A stretch of 61,882 nt of DNA, counting the filler, from Globobulimina sp. (Eukaryota): NCBI GenBank assembly GCA_003354225.1. It is 11 parts of 11 records of this genome, joined end to end, with 100 filler letters (N's around TTAATTAATTAA, not from the genome) between each part and the next. Parts side by side here need not be neighbours in the genome. Positions count along the whole stretch, not along the records: positions 56,361 to 61,882 come from PIVH01000528.1; 10 more parts are not named here. One strand, given 5' to 3'. The number at the start of each line of letters is the position of its first letter. Within the stretch, counting starts at the first letter, position 1. Both the position numbers and the translations under genes were made by a program. A model generated the notes under the pieces. That model was not told where the DNA came from. It saw nothing but the letters and a program-made list of their open reading frames with translations, and ran no database searches. Positions 56,901 to 61,882 of this stretch are shown in pieces.

Positions 56901-58712
56901 TTGTCATTGAATTATTGTTTCCCTTCAACGGAATCTAACGTCCCTTCTTTGTTCTGTTTATACACTCTTTATTCAGAGAATATATTACCAACTTTGAGGG
57001 TAATCGATACAGAATGTGCTAACTTACTCCAAAAGTTAGTAAATTTGTGGAAAAGTCCGCCAGAAATTAATCATCATTTCAATATAAATTTATTCCGTGA
57101 CTACCTAAGTAACCATCCAAATGGTGAAATAGAGATTGAATTCATTGAGAATGGATATCCATTATATTTAAAAAATAGAGATCCAACAAAATTATGTAAA
57201 GTAATCTCCAATATAGTCAGAGACAAACGTGATTTGAAAGCGATATTGACAAGAATTGTAAAAGAGGCACGAAAAGCATATATAACACAAACAAAGAGTC
57301 AGTTACATTATAACTTGAACCTTTTATGTGTTCCTAAGAAGAATAATGATACGAATTTAATGACTGAGATTCGTGTAGCAAGACATGGTTCTTTTGCTAC
57401 ACAGAGATCTGTTTCCATAAATAAGTTAATTTCGAAGGAGAAATGCAAGATGCCCACACTTCCAAATATCCATAAATATGTAAAATTACTTTTAGAATAT
57501 AACTATGTGTCTCTACGTGATTTAAAAGATGCTTTCAGACAATTAAATTTAGCATCAATTGATGCTCAATATGTACAATATTGTATTTTTGGTTTGGCTT
57601 TCAGAGATTTGAGACAATCGTATGGCATCGCCTCAGCAGCAGCAAATTGTCAGCAATTTGGTCAAATACTAATATGGATCCTTAAAAATAAATATTTACA
57701 CAATATACAAAGGGACAGAATCCTTGTCCACATTGACGATTTTATTTTAGCTGCACAGTCTGAAGAGGAAGCCATTTTTCTCGCCAATAGATTTGATAAA
57801 ATGTGTAGTGACTTAAATGTTGCTGTTTCACATGCAAAGGATGAGAATGCGGTCTATAAAGGTGTTGTACATGGCATTGGTTTTAATTTAAAAACAAAAC
57901 ATGTACATATACCTAGTCATAAATATAATGAATTGATCAAAGGAATAAGTTTAATGATTAAGTATCGATATGCAACAGGAAGAGCGCTCGAATCTGTTTG
58001 TGGGAAAATAATGCATTGGTCCCAATTACGGAAACCTGCCAAAATTCTTTGCTATCGATTACTACGCTTAATACATGAAAAAATCAGAGCAAATTCGAGG
58101 TTAAAAAATAAAATATTTTGGATACCTGACCCGATTGTTCGTGATTTGAAATTCTGGCTACAATATGCCACATTTATGCGTAGAGTAACCATGAAATCCG
58201 TCATTCAACAGCCCTCAATAACAATTACTGGAGCTACAGATGCGAGCAATATCGGTGGTGGCTTCATAGTGGGTTCGTTTTATGGTGCATACGAATTTTG
58301 TGATGAATCAAATATAAATGGCATAAATCATAGGAGAATGCATATAAATTATCAAGAAGCACATGCAGTAATTATGCTACTTCACAATTATCGTCATATG
58401 CTTTCTGGCCGTCAATTATTACTATATATTGATAATACGTCGGTAATGTATAGTATTTATAAACATTGGGCTGGAAGTGAAATATTAATGGAATACATTC
58501 AGGAAATTGTGCTTTTAATGTGTATATATTCAATTGGTTTGAGAGTTGAATTTATACCTTCAACTTTTAATGGTTTGGCAGATTCTTTATCTAGATTTGA
58601 TTGGAAACGATTTTATAATGAGATTGATTGTTATAATCTTCCTATAAATGATAAAGAGACATTGCTTGAATACTACCCAACTTTGCGACTTTTGCACAAA
58701 TATGATCTTTAA
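56901..58712 (+). CDS. Reverse transcriptase + DIRS-type RNase H
   Basis: VPKK, SIN, DLKDAFRQL, YG..SA, HIDDF, HGI, L..VCGK; RNase H TDAS..G.G, HINYQEA, IDN, N..AD.LSR. Confidence 0.95.
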   Translation: MSLNYCFPSTESNVPSLFCLYTLYSENILPTLRVIDTECANLLQKLVNLWKSPPEINHHFNINLFRDYLSNHPNGEIEIEFIENGYPLYLKNRDPTKLCKVISNIVRDKRDLKAILTRIVKEARKAYITQTKSQLHYNLNLLCVPKKNNDTNLMTEIRVARHGSFATQRSVSINKLISKEKCKMPTLPNIHKYVKLLLEYNYVSLRDLKDAFRQLNLASIDAQYVQYCIFGLAFRDLRQSYGIASAAANCQQFGQILIWILKNKYLHNIQRDRILVHIDDFILAAQSEEEAIFLANRFDKMCSDLNVAVSHAKDENAVYKGVVHGIGFNLKTKHVHIPSHKYNELIKGISLMIKYRYATGRALESVCGKIMHWSQLRKPAKILCYRLLRLIHEKIRANSRLKNKIFWIPDPIVRDLKFWLQYATFMRRVTMKSVIQQPSITITGATDASNIGGGFIVGSFYGAYEFCDESNINGINHRRMHINYQEAHAVIMLLHNYRHMLSGRQLLLYIDNTSVMYSIYKHWAGSEILMEYIQEIVLLMCIYSIGLRVEFIPSTFNGLADSLSRFDWKRFYNEIDCYNLPINDKETLLEYYPTLRLLHKYDL

Positions 58713-58827
58713 TGAGATTATAGCCACAAACTTGATCAGTTTTATTGTACTATTAATATTTAATGATGAGCATTAAAAATGTGATTGATTTGATATTTGT
58801 AACTTCTATGAGCTATATATACAAAAT

Positions 58828-60253
58828 ATGACCTTGTATATACACACAGCTCAGTTGCCCATCCAACACAGTAACAGTTTGTGTGTAGCTCGCTATAAAA
58901 ACCTTAGACAAATATCAAAAAACCTCTCTTTTTTTGTCCTGGTCTCAGAAACAAAGTGTTTCTTTTATAAAATGTTTGTATCTATAATTAGATTTGCAAA
59001 GAATTTCTGTATGGAATCGTCCTTTTGCAAAACGTGATATTCAAACAACCAAAAGAATATTAAGTGATATTTTTAGATCAAGAAGAATATCTACCAAATG
59101 TAACTATATATCAGTTTTAAAAGATTGGTGGGGATATTGTATTGAAAATGGAGCAGATCCATTTACCCCACAGATTAATCCAACAATTGCAATTTATTGG
59201 CAATACGATAGAACCCTACGTTTAGGTTCATGCAATTCTCACTCAACATGGTCATCTGCACTATCATGGTGGGTTAAAGCACATGGACGTACACCAATTT
59301 ATTTTAGGGATGATTTCTATAGTAATATTCATGGAAATATGGTTGGATTATATTCAAAACAAAGAAAAGAGAGAAAACCGATTAAAATTCAATGGTTGGT
59401 AAATTACCTCAAATTGAAAAATATTGTACCACTTACATGGGAATTTTGTACATTGGATGAGTTAACTTCAACTTATCTATTAATTATGGCATTTTTCACA
59501 ATAAGTCGACCGGCCGAGATTTTATACACAGATAGTACAGAAAATCCGGCCTGGGAGATAATTACAACTGGTTTAAGATGGGGTGATATTACCATACATA
59601 ATGTGAATAAACCATATAATCGGAGATATAAAAAAATATTAATTCATTGGTATAAAAACCAGGAATTTCGTGATCAGCCAAAGGAAATTTATATGGCACC
59701 ACCTATTTGCGATAACGTTATGTGTCATTGCCGGATTTTGGATTACTTTCAATTGTATTTGATTATATTACAAAAACGAAAATTATTAATCCAACAATTA
59801 CGAGCTAAATCCTCACAATCTAAGAAATTCAAGAAACGTTTATTGAATTTAGATATCAATTCGACAAATTATATATTTGTAGGATCAAATGGAGTGATTT
59901 GGAAACCATCAAAGCTTTCGGAATTAGTAAAGGATTTGATTTTAAAATTGAAAATTCCGAATCCTAAATTTTATCCATCATATAGTTTCCGTATTGGTGC
60001 AACATCTTTATGTCATTTACAAGAAATTGATTTATTAAAATTGATTCGATTCGTAGTTTGGTCAATTAAGAATTTACCCCATGTGTCAAATAGATACATA
60101 AATTTCACGATACAACAATTAAGAATCCTACCATTTGAAATGATACATGGTCGAAATCGACCTGGTGGGAGAAATATTGATAAAAGTAAAGGAAATTTAA
60201 AGACTTATAATTTATGGGAAGGTAATTTATGTGAAGATTTATTTCACAGCTAA
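58828..60253 (+). CDS. Tyrosine recombinase; main ORF 58994-60253, tentative first exon 58828-58870
   Basis: T..NY N-terminal helix, AFF..SRPAE, KNQ, YSFRIGATS, W, RYI. Confidence 0.9.
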
Positions 60254-60829
60254 TTAATTGATCCATTGAGGGAGATAAATGATAGTGATGCAAATTCATG
60301 AAATGATATTTTTTTAAACAAGACTTACAAACTTAATATTTCGACAAACTTGTTTGTTGAAATAATCTTGTCTGGATAACAGAAGTGCGATATCAAAATA
60401 TGGCACTCTTTTCACAACACTCAGGGGCACACAGGGAGGAGATCTGTTATAGAAACGATTTGTTTATATACAAAAACACAGAGTTTCTATATTGATCAAC
60501 CGGAGAATAAAGAACCGACAACTTCGTTCTTCGGATATTTACCCGTATGAGTCAGATCATTGAGTTTGTGAAATGAGTGGCCTTTTAGAGTAAAGTTCAA
60601 TCCTTTACCATTTCTAAAATATATATTTTTATGTTATTACAATTTTAATATGTTTGATATTGCGCTCTGTAATCATCATTGGTATTGAATATTTAATGTA
60701 TCATAATTTAAATATTATTATTGTTTCTTGTGTTTTTTATTTAGAATTCGTTTTTAAAAAACTCCAAGTACCAATCAATAACCACTCAGTCAAGAACACG
60801 GTCAACAAAGTCAGAAACACTTAGTCGCA

Positions 60830-61570
60830 ATGAGTGATATTGCTAATCTTGTTTATGTGGAAGGAACACATGTTCCGCCAAATAAATTTCAATATCCCAA
60901 CGATCACGAATTTGCAGATTATTACGTAAAGATAAAAGCTGTGAAATCAGCAACAAATCGTGGTGATTTAGCAAGCGAAACCATTGCTGCTATAGCAGCG
61001 TTGGTGAAATCGAAGGTGATTTTCCCGTATGGGAACAGAAAAGGTTGGGATGAGGATTTGCAAGGTTTGAATGATGCATATTTTAAAGCATCGGCATACG
61101 AAGCAAATCACCAAGACAATCCTCCTCCGACTCATTATGACATTGTCACGCTATTAGCCGACAACAGATTGTTCGACGAGGACTTACCAACGCGCAGACA
61201 AGCAAACTTTGATAGACGCAGAGAACATTTTGATTTAGATCTTGCTTTGGATGCGTGGAAATTCCCAAATCCACCAGAAGTTGCATGCGTTGTTGGCAGA
61301 GCGGAAGATTCGTCGTCAGATCCTGAGGCTGTAACACATGATGATGAAATTGAGCATGATAAGGATGACAAGGAAGAGGAGAAAGTGTCGAATGATGCGG
61401 ATCAGTCATTCTTTGAATCCAAGGATGAAACGATTGAGATTATATCGGATGAGGAGGATATTGAAAATAAACAAGACATCCCAATCCGTGATATGTTCAA
61501 GGATTCAAAATTTGTAAAGAAGGATAATTTTTTTTTTTCAAAGAAAGAACCAATTAAATATGGCATCTAA
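60830..61570 (+). CDS. Hypothetical protein with acidic C-terminal half; possibly ORF1/gag N-terminus of the retroelement
   Basis: 246-codon ATG-initiated ORF co-oriented with the element; no motif recognised. Confidence 0.55.
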   Translation: MSDIANLVYVEGTHVPPNKFQYPNDHEFADYYVKIKAVKSATNRGDLASETIAAIAALVKSKVIFPYGNRKGWDEDLQGLNDAYFKASAYEANHQDNPPPTHYDIVTLLADNRLFDEDLPTRRQANFDRRREHFDLDLALDAWKFPNPPEVACVVGRAEDSSSDPEAVTHDDEIEHDKDDKEEEKVSNDADQSFFESKDETIEIISDEEDIENKQDIPIRDMFKDSKFVKKDNFFFSKKEPIKYGI

Positions 61571-61882
61571 ATGTAATTAAATATATTCCACATCGAATCA
61601 ACACTAAAAAGGAAACGATTGGAGCAAAAACATAATAAAGAAAACAAAAATGAGGTTTTAACACACTTTTACACAACACAATAACGGCACAAATAGATAT
61701 GAAGCAATTAGAACAATTTTCTCATATCCAATACATTGTCGATTCTTCACTAATTAAATTAATTAATTGTTTATGGTTTTATTGAGCGATTAAAGAAAGT
61801 AATTAATTATCGATCAGATTTGATCAGAAATATTGCGAAAGCGAGGAAATTAAAACAATTAAATTATAATCAAGTCCGTGGA

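Larger units (their letters stand above)
56361..60253 (+). mobile_element. Tyrosine-recombinase retrotransposon (DIRS/Ngaro-like); termini not visible
   Basis: Co-oriented gag-like, RT-RNase H and tyrosine recombinase ORFs; no protease or DDE integrase. Confidence 0.92.

Noticed and set aside
56901-60253. Prokaryotic retron, DGR or prophage integrase interpretation of RT plus recombinase
   Set aside because: The RT is fused to a DIRS-type RNase H and preceded by a gag-like Cys/His ORF; no template/variable repeat pair or msr-msd was seen
60254-60829. Hammerhead ribozyme in the retroelement non-coding region
   Set aside because: No CUGAnGA...GAAA core with supporting helices found by eye
1-61882. 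Alternative nuclear genetic code (stop reassignment)
   Set aside because: Long conserved genes read through with the standard code, and ORF breaks are explained by GT-AG introns

Overview
This window is not one locus. It is 11 unrelated ~5.5 kb contigs, ordered by decreasing length and joined by artificial 100-nt linkers (44 N + TTAATTAATTAA + 44 N), so nothing should be inferred across a linker. The DNA is from an AT-rich, gene-dense eukaryote with short GT-AG introns (mostly ~50-110 nt). Its gene style suggests a protist, possibly a foraminiferan or other rhizarian, but that is inference. Recognisable genes: exportin-1/CRM1, TAF13, a NUDIX hydrolase, a class I phosphodiesterase, Snapin, an OSR1/SPAK-like pseudokinase, SMCR8, a LAG1 ceramide synthase, a sulfotransferase, a WWE-PARP, a L/F-tRNA-protein transferase homologue, a lectin/VWD/vWA adhesin and a RING-vWA-Hint (Vint) protein. 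The most striking item is the last contig (56361-61882), a tyrosine-recombinase (DIRS/Ngaro-like) retroelement. It has a non-canonical HIDD RT active site, a YSFR recombinase motif and no methyltransferase. Its RT and recombinase ORFs lack a usable AUG and both open at phase-1 splice acceptors, and an unassigned ORF follows the recombinase. All family calls rest on motif recognition by eye; no database searches were run.
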